A program made the position numbers and the translations under genes. Positions 24,993 through 37,682 of a stretch of DNA of 60,000 nt are shown here, one piece after another. Within the stretch, counting starts at the first letter, position 1, and every line of letters begins with the position of its first letter. The notes beneath the pieces are model-generated. The model saw only the letters and a program-made list of their open reading frames with translations. It was not told the origin of the DNA and ran no database searches. The stretch lies in assembly GCF_018350175.1 (NCBI RefSeq), contig NC_058383.1, positions 7,318,001 to 7,378,000 of the forward strand, read 5' to 3'. This stretch comes from Felis catus. Lineage: Eukaryota.

Positions 24993-25525
24993 TCAAATGG
25001 GGCAAATGAAGGACAGGAGGAAGTTGACCTCATTGCGGACAATAAGCCGCCCTGGGTGGATCCTGTCGGGCAGAGCCAGACTGGAGGTCATTTCCCAGGC
25101 GTCCACAAAGGCCACACGGAGGTCAGCAAAGGCGGCTCGGAGAAGCCGGTTCACTTGGAGGGTGAACCAGTCACTGCCATACACAGACTTGTAGCCGGTA
25201 TTGGCCAGCTTGATGACCACAAGAGTGCGGGGCTCGCGGGCCAGCAGCGCAGCCACGGCTGCCCTGATCCCTGCGAGTCGTTGCACAAAGACAGATGGGG
25301 GAAAGGTGGTGAAGTGGGCTCCCAGACCCAGCACCACCACTGTGTGGGGGCCCCCGGCCAGGCCCCCCAGTTCCCGGACCACAGAGTGCAGGGAGGCCAC
25401 TGGTGTGTGCAGGGAGCGCAGGGGCCAGCTGTGGGCCCGCCAGTGCAGCACTATGCCCCGAGCGGTCTCCACCGCCATCAGGGGCCCCGTCTGATATGTG
25501 GTGTGTAGATCCATAGGCTTCAGGG
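24993..25525 (-). CDS. NXPE-like last coding exon: SGNH/PC-esterase C-terminus with DxxH
   Basis: Acceptor tcttgtcctccccacag before 25525; ORF 24993..25514; [19 protein letters not shown] (25053-25067), [12 protein letters not shown] at 24993-24995. Confidence 0.93.
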
Positions 25526-28500
25526 CTGTGGGGAGGACAAGAGGAAGCTTAGAGGCTAATATGGGACTGTACTTCTTCGTTTAATTACATAGAAGATCTA
25601 GCATCAGTTTCCTCTTAGGACACAAACATCCTCTGGCCCAGGCACCTGGTTATGTTCTCCCTAATCTGTGATATCGCCAGTAGTTACCAAGCCCCAAAAC
25701 CTATTCTCAGTCCTCAGCCTCCCTGGCCCCTGGAGCATTTTGTCTCATTGACGTTCCTTTGGATGCTCCTTCCTTTCTTAGCAGAAAGGATTCAACTTGG
25801 ATTGATCCATTGGCCCCTTCTGGCCACCCCTGGATGGAGACTTGCCCCAGGCTAGAGAGTGAAGGCTGTCCAGTGTGTCTTTGCACAATGGTGGCCAACC
25901 GAGGGAGCCAGAGGTTTCTGGAATCAGGTCTGGTCACTCAGCTGTATGCCCTGATAGAGAGCTAGACGCATCTGCAATAAAAGGCCCCTCCTTTGCACGA
26001 TGTCTCTGCCTGTTTGCCCTACCTTGTGCTTCAGGGCTCTGTGGGCCCAGGGGGCGCCTTTTTCTATTTCACAGAAAGGTGCCAAATCAGCTAGCAGAGG
26101 ATCTGGTTTTCCCAACATTCTGTCATGAACTTCTATTCATCTCTAGATACACCTCTTGCGTAGGAAAGTCACCTACTCCACTGCCACGGGCAGTGACCCT
26201 GGGAGGTCACCTCAGATTGCCTAAACACCAAATTAGAACTGGAGCTCTCTTTTTCCCTGAAGGAAGGGGCTGCACCGAGACTAACCCTCCTGGGAGGCAG
26301 CGGGCTTTGATACCTCAAGCAGAAGCGTACACAACAGCCCAGACCTCAAGATCTCTAGGTGGGGCAGCTGGTACTTTTAGAACTTCTGTAAACAAATGGC
26401 GGCCCACATCCCTCTGGTGCCGGGAAGCCCAACATGGCTGCTCTCACACTTGTAGGTGACAAGGGAGAGCCTGAGGGGGTTCTCTTCCAGGAGAGCACAG
26501 ACCCACCCTGCACACTTCTCTTTGGGATCATAGGAGACAGGTAGGGGAGGCAGCTCAGTGCTGACGTTCCTTCTTTCCTTGGCCCTCACATTGCCCCCGC
26601 TCCCTGATAAAGCATATTCCTTAACCCATGTTACATTATATTGTGGAATCTGTGCAACAAAAGTTGGAGACTCAGATGGCACTCACCCTTCATGATGCTC
26701 TCACCTCTTTTAACTTTTATCCTCCAGGGAATAAATAAATATGAAACTCTGTCTGAAGCTTGGACATCTCAATTCACTTCCAGTCCCCTGTGTTCAAATG
26801 CCTCACGCACAGACTCTCCAGAAGACCCACCCACACAACCCGATATGAAGAATATAAAATAAGTACACCATCTTCTACCACTGCTGTCCCTTGCTCCCAC
26901 ACGCAGTCAGGCACCCCAGTGATTTCCATTTTGAGTCCGTTTTCTGTTATCTGTAGTTACCTGGTCATCTCCCTTCTTTCTAGAAGCAATCAGTCAACAA
27001 GCTGTCAGTTCCCCCAGTATAATGCTTCCTTTACTGCTGACCCCAATTTAGTCTCTCACCAGCCTGCATGCTGACCTACCAGTGTCTTATAACTGGTTTT
27101 TGTAATGTGCTTTTTCAACCAATCAGTCAAACAAAATGAAAACATTCAGTGTCTTCCCAAAGTCACAAGAGAAACCCCTGATTTCCCTACAGCACTTTTC
27201 TTAAATTCCAACTCTATTCCTGCAATATCCCTTGGCAAATCCTCACTTCCAGGTAAGGTTATCTATTCATCGTTCTTCAAACACATCCACCCTACTGTTA
27301 GAGCCTCTGATCATCCACCTAATTGTTGGCATTATGCGCAATCTGGGCAACCTGTTCCCCATCCCTGCCTCTGCCCCAAACCCAGTATCTGGTCCTTCCA
27401 CAGCACTCTCCTGAAATGTTTTCTGCCTTCTCAAAGCCCTGGATCTTCTCTTTTTGCCTTAGGAGCTCTGCCCTCTCCCCTCACGGCCACTCACAGGGCA
27501 CAGTGTCGCGCAGGTACTCCCACCACTGCCGAAGTGTGGAGTCCCCCATCATGTGGACGACGTGACCAGCCAGGCAGCCCAGGATGCTGTCAACAGTGGA
27601 GAAGGAGCGTCCGGAGCAGGACAGTGAGTGCCACACATCTTGGTGGTAGAAGCCAGAGGGCTTTGGGCCTGGGATCCCAGGGTGGCATGGTTGTCGAGGG
27701 GACAGAACTGTAAACAATTATTTGTGAGCAGAACAATCCGTGGGTACAGAAGAGTCTAAAGCCACAGGCATAGAACACGTGCTGCCTTTTCTGCAAGCCC
27801 TGTGTCACTTACCCAGACTCTTGTTGCTCTCCTTGGCCACCCAGATTGGAGAAATACCCTGAGGGAGGACCTTGTCTGTCACGTTCCTGAAGAGAAACCA
27901 ATTTGCAAGAGGGAAGCCCTTAATGGAAATGCGTGATGGGAAGGCACCCTGGGCTGAGGTGAGACTGGGGTTCTTGGAGGAAAGGAAGTTCTCAAAATCA
28001 AGGGCATCTGTCTAGTGTCAGGGCTCCTGGGAGATACTGAAGGCTTGGGGTCAGGAGAGGGATTGCAAGCTAGAGTTCAGGGATCCAGGTTCTTTGCCTC
28101 GGGGATTCCATCAGTGCAGGAAGCAGAGCTGTTTTAAAATGTACCCAGGCATGCGGCGCCTGGGTGGCCCAGTAGGTTAAGCGTCCGACTTTGGCTTAGG
28201 CCATGATCTCATGGTTTGTGAGTTCAAGCCTCACGTTGGGCTCTGTGCTAACAGCTCAGAGCCTGGATCCTGCTTTAGGTTCTGTGTCTCCCTCTCTCTC
28301 TGCCCTTCCCCCATTCACTCTGTGTCTCTCAAAAATGAATAAACATTAAAAAAAATTTTTTTTATGTACCCAGGCTTTTTGGGGAGGTCAACACATCAGG
28401 AGATGATGGCCATGAGAAAGACAGGGGGTTACTCAGAGTCCCTGAGAGGCAGGGGCACAGTGCACCACATGGGGCCACAGGGGGATGCACCAGGGTCAGT

Positions 28501-31500
28501 TGGGGGCAGAGGGAGTAAGAGCAAACAGAGGGCACAAACCTTTGTAGTGATTTTCACAGGAAGGAATAGGCAAGGAAGGGTAAGCAGCTGAGGAGGCTTG
28601 GGACTGGAGCATTTGAATGATTTCAGTGGGCTCTGGGCTATAGAGGCAGATTCTGGCTGTCAGTAACTTGCTCTGGGGTGATTTCAGGCCCAGGACATTG
28701 GCCCAGACTGTAGGAGCCTGATAGAGGGAGGCAGGGTGGTGGGGTGCACTAAAATTGGGTGGTATGCTCAAGGCCTCTCTAAGAGCTAGCTAACCCTGGG
28801 AGGGGTTGGCCCTCCCTGGGTCCACATGGCCCCAAGGCATCAAAGCATCACAAAAATACAGGGAATTATAAACATGATTCATACAGGAAGGGGCTTGGAG
28901 CCTTTTGTAAGAAGTGCTAACTCTCTTCTTGGTCCTACTGGGCCCACTCCTGCTGGATTCTCCCCAATCACGATTAGACCAGCAGTTGTTCCCTGATCCC
29001 TGGGACTCGCTCTTCTCCTGGTTGCCAGGACTCCCCTACCAGGGCTCCCCTGGTAGCCCCTTGTGTGAGCCCCCTTCTTCCCATGCTCCAGGCTCAGCCT
29101 TCACTCCTCTATCCGGATCACACTCCCTCCCTTGGTGGTCTCACTCGGCCAAGATCTCCAGCCTAGACTTCTCTGCCAGATTCCAGGTTTGTGAGTCTAG
29201 CCATGTGCTCAACATCTCCACTTGGTGTCTAACGCATGTGACCAAACTCCTGATCTCTACCCCCACCCTTCCCCCCACCTTCAACTGTCCTTCCAGGGAA
29301 GCGGGCCCCAAGCCCCACAGCCACATGTGAGTTCTCGCTTTTTAGCACATTCCGTGTTCTCTCAGGACATTTTATGGGCACTGCCTTCAGTATATACCCA
29401 GAAATGAATCACTGTGGACACCTCTACTACTGCAACCTGAAGCAGAGGCCTCCTACCTTTCAGTCTCCCTGATTTTCCCTTAACCTGCAGTCCATTCTCA
29501 ATGCAACGGTCTGAGACCCTGTAAATGATATGAATCATATCGTGTCCAACTTCTGCTCAAAATCCTGCAATGACTCCCTTTACACTTATAGCAAAAAATC
29601 AGTGTACTCACAGAGCCCTTCCTGTCATGCTGCATCCTTTGCTTAACACCGCTGGTCTTCACCTGCCCACCTCTCCGTCCCTCACCCCATCCCAGCTATT
29701 TGGCTTCCTTTGCTGTTCCAGGCACACTATGGCATTTCCTCTGCCTGGAACTCTCTCATCTCCGGTACATCCTGGGCCAACTCTCCCATTCCCTTTAAGT
29801 CTTTGCATGAATGTCAGCTTCTTCTTCTTCTTTTTTTGTAAGTTTATTTATTTTGAGAGAGAAAAAGAGAGCGAGACAGCACCAGAGTGAATGCACACGA
29901 GTGGGGGAGGGGCAAGAGGGAAAGGGGGAGAGAGAATTCCAAGCAGGCTCCACACTCAGCATGGAGCTTGGAATGCCAAATTCTTAATGAGGTCTATCCT
30001 GACCCCCTATTTAACACCGAAACCTGCCCCCATCGGACTTCTAATCCTTACCTCGTGTATGTTTTCAATTTCTCCTAGCACGAATCTCCTTCTAGCGTTT
30101 TTTTTTTAATTTTTAAAAGTTTATTTATTTATTTTTGAGAGAGAGGGGGAGAGAGAGAGGGAAAGTGAGGGAGGGAAAGAGAGGGAGAAGGAGAGAGAGA
30201 GAATCCCAAGGAGGCCCTGAGCTGTCAGCATCAGAGCGCGACACGGGCCTTGAACCCACAAACCTTGAGATCATGACCTGAGCTGAAATCATGAGTCGGA
30301 TGTCTAACCATCTGAGCCACCCAGGTGCCCCATCTCCTCTAGCATTCTATACTATTTACTTATTGTTATGTTTATTGTTTATCATCCTCTCTCCTGTTGT
30401 AAATAAGCTTTACCAAGGCAAGGTCCTTGCTGTATCTTCACTGCTGCATTCCCAGTTCCAGCAGGGCCATGCATGTAGAGTGTGGTCAGCATGCATTTGC
30501 TGAATGAAGGAATGGACTTACTGAAGGGGCTGTGTCTGAGGAGGAGAGGGGAACTTGCTTCTGGAAGGGAGAAGGGATGAGAATATTCCTACAAGCTAGA
30601 AAAATGCAGGAGTATGGCCTGCCCTGAGACTGTCAGGGCCCTAGTGCCCCCTAGAGGTGACAGCTTCAGGAAGCAGGTAAAGGATGATCTTAAGGACTCT
30701 GGACCCAGGTGGAAGACGCCTGCCCTCCCAGCAGAGCCCAAGATTACACAAGCTTGAACAGCGGGCACTTTGGGGAGGACTACGGGAGGATCCCAGATGG
30801 CCAAGGCGTCAGTATCTTTGCAGGACCCTCGGTGAAGGGAGCTCTTCCCACCAGCCTAGCTGCAGAGGTCCTCAGATGGGATTAAAGTTGATATACAGAA
30901 AACACCTGACCTTGGGGCTGCAAATTCATGTCCGTTATACATTCCTCACATGTGTGGTTATCTGTTTAACACCAAACTTCTATCAATACACTGTTAGCTC
31001 CCACAGGATGGGGCCACGTCTGCCCTGCTCTCCCATCCCCAGGACCTCTACGACTTTGGACCATGTCTGACAGAGCAGGGGCCACTCGACAGCAGCAAAA
31101 CACTTGGGCCAAGATTGTAACAGCCAAGAGAGCTGGGATATGCTGTCCCTGTTCTAAGCACTTTATACACATTAATATATTTGCTCTTCACCCCAAGTCT
31201 ATGAGGGAAGTACTATTATTATCCCCCTCTATGAATGAGAGAACAGAGGTTCAGACAGGTTAAGTGACTTGCCAGAGATCACATGGATAGAAGCTGGCAA
31301 GTCGAGCAGGTGGAGCCAGGATCAGAACCCACGTACTCTCACTCCAGAGACTTCTGGGATGTACCCCAAGTGACATCCTGATATGGCTCCTGTTTTTACC
31401 CTTAGATTTATTTTTTAATGTTTATTTATTTATTTTGAGAGACAGAGCTAGAGCAAAAGACAGTGCAAGTGGGGGAGGGGCAGAAAGAGAGAATCCCAAG

Positions 31501-32923
31501 CAGGCTCCACGCTCAGCATGGAGCCTGACATGGGGCTTGATCTCATGACTGCGAGACCCTGACCTGAGCCGAAATCAGAGTCGGATGCCTAACTGACTGA
31601 GCCATCCAGGCACCCCATAACCTTAGATGTATTTTTAATCGACCAATGCAAAAAGGATATGTGATTCTCCTTTTCTGACCAAAGGGAGCATAAGAATTGG
31701 TCTGGAAAGACCAAGGTTACCTGGTGCTAAATTCTCATGCCAGGAAGGAAATGTTAGCGGGAATTCCCCAGACACGAACTACCGAGAGCCTCCAGAGATG
31801 GGTACCTGGTGAGGCCAGCAGGCACCTCAGCACCGTCAGGGCCTCCGGCTCGGCTCACCTCCTCCAGTCCTCATGGCAGCCAGTGAGAACTTCTGTGCTC
31901 CTTGGGGTGGTGCAGCAGCAGCCAGCCTGCTCTGTAAACACCTCTGGCTCTTCTCTTCCCTCACTCAGTGGGGGTGTCCCTCCACCCCTACTCTGCCTCC
32001 ACCCTGCCACCTTCTGGGACCCCATTTTTACCTCCATCCCCTACTCTCCCTGCTGGAGACCAGATGCGCAGGTCTCCCACCTTAAAAAATGCCTCCCGGG
32101 GCGCCTGGGTGGTGCAGTCGGTTAAGCGTCCGACTTCAGCCAGGTCACGATCTCGCGGTCCGTGAGTTCGAGCCCCGCGTCGGGCTCTGGGCTGATGGCT
32201 CAGAGCCTGGAGCCTGCTTCCGATTCTGTGTCTCCCTCTCTCTCTGCCCCTCCCCCGTTCATGCTCTGTCTCTCTCTGTCTCTAAAATAAATAAACGTTA
32301 AAAAAAAAATTTAAAAAAAATGCCTCCCTTCTCCCTTGGGTCTCTCTAACCCCCACCCTGCCACCGATCTCAGGGACAGTAGGCTGTTTGCCCATCTCCC
32401 CTCCATGACTCCCATCTTATGTCCACCCAGGGAGGCTTGCCCCCACCCCCGCCCTGAGACCGAGGACAGTTCTCAGCCTTTCTCAGCTTCCAGGCTGCAG
32501 GCTCTGCTCCCCTCTCACTCGGGGGTCACATCCACCCTCCATACTCTCCGACCACATATGCTGGTAATTTCTACCCTACGTCTCTCCTTACAGGGGCAGT
32601 CAGAAGAGCAAAGATGCCTGCAATGCTTCTCTTCTGCCAGAGGTCCATGTTTCTCCTTCAAGCCTTAGCTAAATTGTCACCTGCCCGATCATCACAGGCA
32701 GGTGGGTTGCCTTTTCTCCATGTCCCCAAACCACTCAATGTATACTGCGCTTAGGCACTCATCACACTGTGTTTTCCAAAGTCATGGATCTCCATAGGGG
32801 CGCCTGGGTGGCTCAGTCAGTTGAGTGTCTGACTCTTGATTTTGGCTCAGGTCATGATCCCAGGGTCGTGGGATTGAGCCCCGTGTCAGAATCGACACTG
32901 AGTGTGGAGCCTAAGATTCTCTC

Positions 32924-32954
<31 letters not shown>

Positions 32955-35900
32955 CCCCAAAAAACAAACAAACAAACAAACAAAAATATAAGCAAACAAA
33001 CAAACCCAAACAAAAGTCAGGAATCTCCTCATTGAAAACTTGTAGAGGGCAGGTATGCTGACCATTACACAGAGGTAGTCAGCACTTAGTATGAGACCTG
33101 GCACGCAGTAGGAAACACATCTAATAGAAGGGAATAGATGAACAAGGGTAGTTGTTCAGGCAGAATATCACAGGGACTGGGGTTCAAGGGTTAGGGCAGA
33201 CATCCCAGATAATGCTGGGTTTCTTACCATGCCAGCAGGGCCTCCTCGTGTGGTGTGGTCACATTCCAGTAATGTCCACTTGAATGCCCTACCAGTGAGT
33301 TGCAGGGCAGGGTTGGGGGTCGAGCACAGAACCAGAGCTCACCAGAATCTTCATCCTTGTAGTGACAGGTAGACTCTTCCTCCCCAGTTAGCAGGGGGTT
33401 AACATTGCAAGTCACAATTTCTTCATATCCTGTGGGTCCTCGGAAATAGCCCATGAAATCAACTGTGGCCCATTGGTCTCTCCAGATTCCCCGCAGGACC
33501 CTAACTGCCTCGCTGGAGTGGATCAGCTGCACTCGCACCTGGGCCTGCCCAGCCCACAGCAGAGGGAAGGACAACAGGTAGGTGCCATTCTCCAGATCCT
33601 GGATATCCCCAGGGACTCCTGCCTTCAGGTGGGGACCCAGCAGCTGTGCCCGAAACAGATCTCCACCACAGGTCTTGGGCCTGCCCCGGTGGTCTCTGGC
33701 GACAAGGATGGCCTCTAGGGAGCCTCCCAGGGTGTAGCTGGCCTGGGAACGATCCCTCAGGTGGTAGGTGGAAGTCTGGGGACTGGTGGAGGCCAAAAGG
33801 TCCCCCGCATCTCCTGGGGTGGGAGGCCAGTGCAGAAGATGGGTCAGGTCCGAGAGCTCCTTGGGGAGAGAGCCAGAGGACTTGCAGGCGGGGCGGGGCT
33901 GTGGGGGCAGAGGGACCATGCTGTTAGGCCAGGAAACTCTGATGTACAAGATCTGTGGACAGAGAAAGAAGAAACTGTCAGTGGTTTGTGTCTCTTCACT
34001 TTTCTTCTGGGAAGGTATCAGTTCAACAGACGTAGTCCTCCTCTGCCTGGTGGGTCTCAGGCAGGAATTCTACTAGCCCTATGTCATGCCGCTTCTGATC
34101 CAAAGCTGGTGTGTGAGCTACCACCGCACACACGTGCAGATTATCATCTCATGTTTAAAACCCTATGTCTCGGGGAGACTTGGGTGGCTCAGTTGGTTAA
34201 GTGTCTGACTTTTGATTTCAACTCAGGTCATGATCTCACCATTCATGGGATTGAGCCCCGAGTCAGGCTCTGTACTGACAGCACAGAGTCTGCTTGGGAT
34301 TCTCTCTCCCTCTCTCTCTGCCCCACCCCCGCTCATGTGCATACACACACACACACACACTCACTCTCTAAATAAATAAACTTAAAAAAAAAAAAACCCC
34401 ATATGTCTGTGGGTTTTGCTAAATCTCTCGGAGAATAAATACCATCTCTATCTCCCAGTCCCCACTGGCTTCTGCCCCATCACCTGCTCACTTGGGATGC
34501 GTACACTCTACCTGCCAGCTGAGGGGGGTCCAGGCTTGGACCTGGCCCCGCCCCTCCCCCCCCCCCCCCACTTTCCAGCTCTCCTCACCCATTACACGTC
34601 CTTCTCTCTCTGGACTCCAAAACCCAGGATAAATTCTCCTTCCCCTTTGTATTTCCTCTTTCTACAACCCAACCTTTATAATCTCCATCCTGGATTTGAG
34701 AAGGAGGGTTTCCTTCACACACAGAGGAATGAGCTAGAGGTCCACCTTGGGGAGTAGTCAATGGAATCAGACTCATGGGGGTTTCCCTGAGTCATGGGGG
34801 TCATGGGGTTTCCCTGCATAGGAGGCAAAAAGGAGAGATGTGCAGATAGAAGGGAGCAGTGGGGAGGGAGTGGGCTGTGGCTCCAGCTATCTCTAGCCCC
34901 CAACCAAAATCCAAGTCTCAGGTAACCACAAGCCTAAATTGGCCTTGCCTCAGGGGGACATCCACATGGCTCAAAATCACAGTACGAATGCTCAGCAATT
35001 CCTCCCAGGGAAGGAAGCAAATCCAGTTTGACGGCCCATCAGTATTTGGTAGTCTCTAGCATTTATTTACCCTGCTTCTGATTTGTTCTCTGACTACACT
35101 TTAGTGTCAGGGATCTGGACCCCTTCGCTCAGCCTTTCCTCAGCACAGACATTAGTGTGACACATACACACTCTGGCCATGTGATATTCCCATGTTTCAC
35201 CAGGGCCAGGGCACAGGGGATGCCCAAGGCCCCTCCTTATGTATCTCCTGGATAAAATCAACATGAGCAGGAAGAAAGATTTGGGGCCTACATCAGGAAG
35301 AAAGGACTGCAGCACACGGGGAGAGAAAGGAGGAACTATTTCCTTCATGCAGATCACTGGGACCTGCCCCAGAGGCACTTACTTAAGCCTCTGGAATTCC
35401 AATTTTTCTGTATAGTATGAGTTGTCGGCATAGTTTGGGACTGAGAACTGGGGAGGCCACAGTCTTATCAGGCACCCATGCAACTGGGGAATGAGACCAG
35501 ACAGAGTCTGCCAGTGGCTCTGGGAGTGGCTTGGCAGTGAGTCCTTTATCTTCAGGGCCTGTTGGAGCCACCACCCTGTCAGCAAGCCAATAGTTAATGA
35601 GCTGGTCAGCAACTTTGATCAGTCAACAAGAAGGGATGGCCACTTTGTCAGGTTAGTGACAGGATGGAGGCTACTTCTCCTTCTCTTGGTTTCCCTTCCC
35701 ATATCAGAGGAGAAATAGAGGGAGGAGGAATGAGGGAGATATGTGTGAGCAGAGCATGCCTCCCACAGACTCGTATCAGCCAGAACCTTGGCCGAACCTG
35801 GCAAGAGGGGACAGAGGGAGAAAGAATGGGGCAGAGGAGAATTTTGAACTGGATATGAAGGTGAAGTTTAAAATGAATAGAGCTGAGTCTTAGAGACACG

Positions 35901-36378
35901 AGATCGACTGAATTTCACAAGTGAAATTGACTTAAAAGTTATGGAATTAGGGGTGCCTGGGTGGCTCAGTCGGTTAAACGTCCGACTTCAGCTCAGATCA
36001 TGATCTCACGGTTCATGGATTGGAGCCCCGCATCGGGCTGTGTGCTCACAGCTTGGTGCCTGGAGCCTGCTTCAGATTCTGTCTCCCTCTCTCTCTGCCC
36101 CTCCCCCACTCACACTCTGTCTCTCTCAAAAATAAATAAACAATAAAAAAAATTTTTTTTTAAGTTATGGAATAAGACAGAGATGTGGTTAAGGGGAAGG
36201 ATAGCACTGAACAGACACATTGCATAGCAACAACTGGAAGAATTAAAATTGTTTCAAATTTATATTCCAACGAGGTTCTCCCTAAACTGGTTGTAAACTC
36301 TCTAGTAAGCATGGGCCTTTGGTCTCTGCAGGTCGTGATGACCCACATTGCGGTTGATGGCTGTAGTCTTGCCCCTGG

Positions 36379-36409
<31 letters not shown>

Positions 36410-37630
36410 TAGTGTTTATTTTTTGAGAGAGCATGAGCATGGAAGGAGCAGAGAGAGGGGGACAGAGGATTAGAAGCAGGCTCTGCACTGTCAGCTCAGG
36501 GCCCGATGTTGGGCTCGAGCTCATGAACTGTGAGATCATGACTTGAGCCAAGGTCGGAGGCTAAACCAACTGAGGCATCCAAGCGCAGCTTGCCCCTGGA
36601 TTTTAACTGCATGGACTTCAGTAGGCAAAAACTGGGTATCTGCTGTTGACTTTGATCTAAGAATCTGCTCCTAAAAAGGGGGTTAGATTATCAAGGAGAG
36701 AGAGCATATAGTTGTGGGTTTTGTTTGTTTGTTTGTTTTTTAATTTTAAGTAGGCTCCACACACAATGTAGGGCTTGAACTCACGACCTTGAGATTAAGA
36801 ATCACATGCTCAGGGTGCCTGGGTGGCTCAGTTGGTCAAGCGACCGACTTTGCTCAGGTCATGATCTTGGAGTTCATGGGTTCAAGCTCTGCATTGGGCT
36901 CTGTGCTGACAGCTCAGAGCTTGGAGCTTGCTTCAGGTTCTGTGTCTCCCTCTTTCTGCCCCTTCCCAACTTGTGCTCTCTCTCTCTCTCTTGCTCTCAA
37001 AAATAAATAAACATTAAAAAAAAACTTTTTTTTAAAGAATCACATGCTCTACTGACTGAGCTAGCTAGGTGCCCCTAGTTTTGTTTGTTTTGTGTTTTGG
37101 AGTATATCATCTTCACCCAAGCCAGGGGGTTCATCTGCCTAGGGGGGATTAGGATTTGTTTAAAAGGATTGCAAAAGGGGGTTCTGGGTGGCTCAGTCAA
37201 TTAATTGTCCAACTCTTCATTTTGGCTCAGGTCATGATCTTACAGTTCATGGGTTTGAGCCCCACATTGGGCTCTGCACTAACAGCTCAGAGGCTGCTTG
37301 GGATTCTCTCTCTGTCCCTCTCTCTGTATCTCCCCTGCTCTTTCTCTCTCTCTCAAACTAAATAAATAAACATTTAAAAAAAAGGAATGCAAAGAAAAAG
37401 ATGACACATAAAGGCCATAATGAAGGAGAGGAAAATTGACTAATTTTTAAAGCATGTTAAAATATCAGGGCAGCTGGACGGCTCAGTTGGTTGAGCATCC
37501 AACTTTGGCCCGGGTCATGATCTCATGGTTTGTGGGTTTGAGCTCACATTGAGCTTTTGGCTGACAGCCTGGACAGCGCAGAGCCCGCTTCGGATTCTCT
37601 GTTTCTTTCTCTTTCTGCTCCTCCCCTGCT

Positions 37631-37682
<52 letters not shown>

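Noticed and set aside
35379..35612. ORFs ending at a GTAAGT donor-like site, considered as NXPE first coding exon
   Set aside because: The phase-0 frame needed to join 33952 ends in TAA and there is no good signal anchor; 48305-48400 fits much better.
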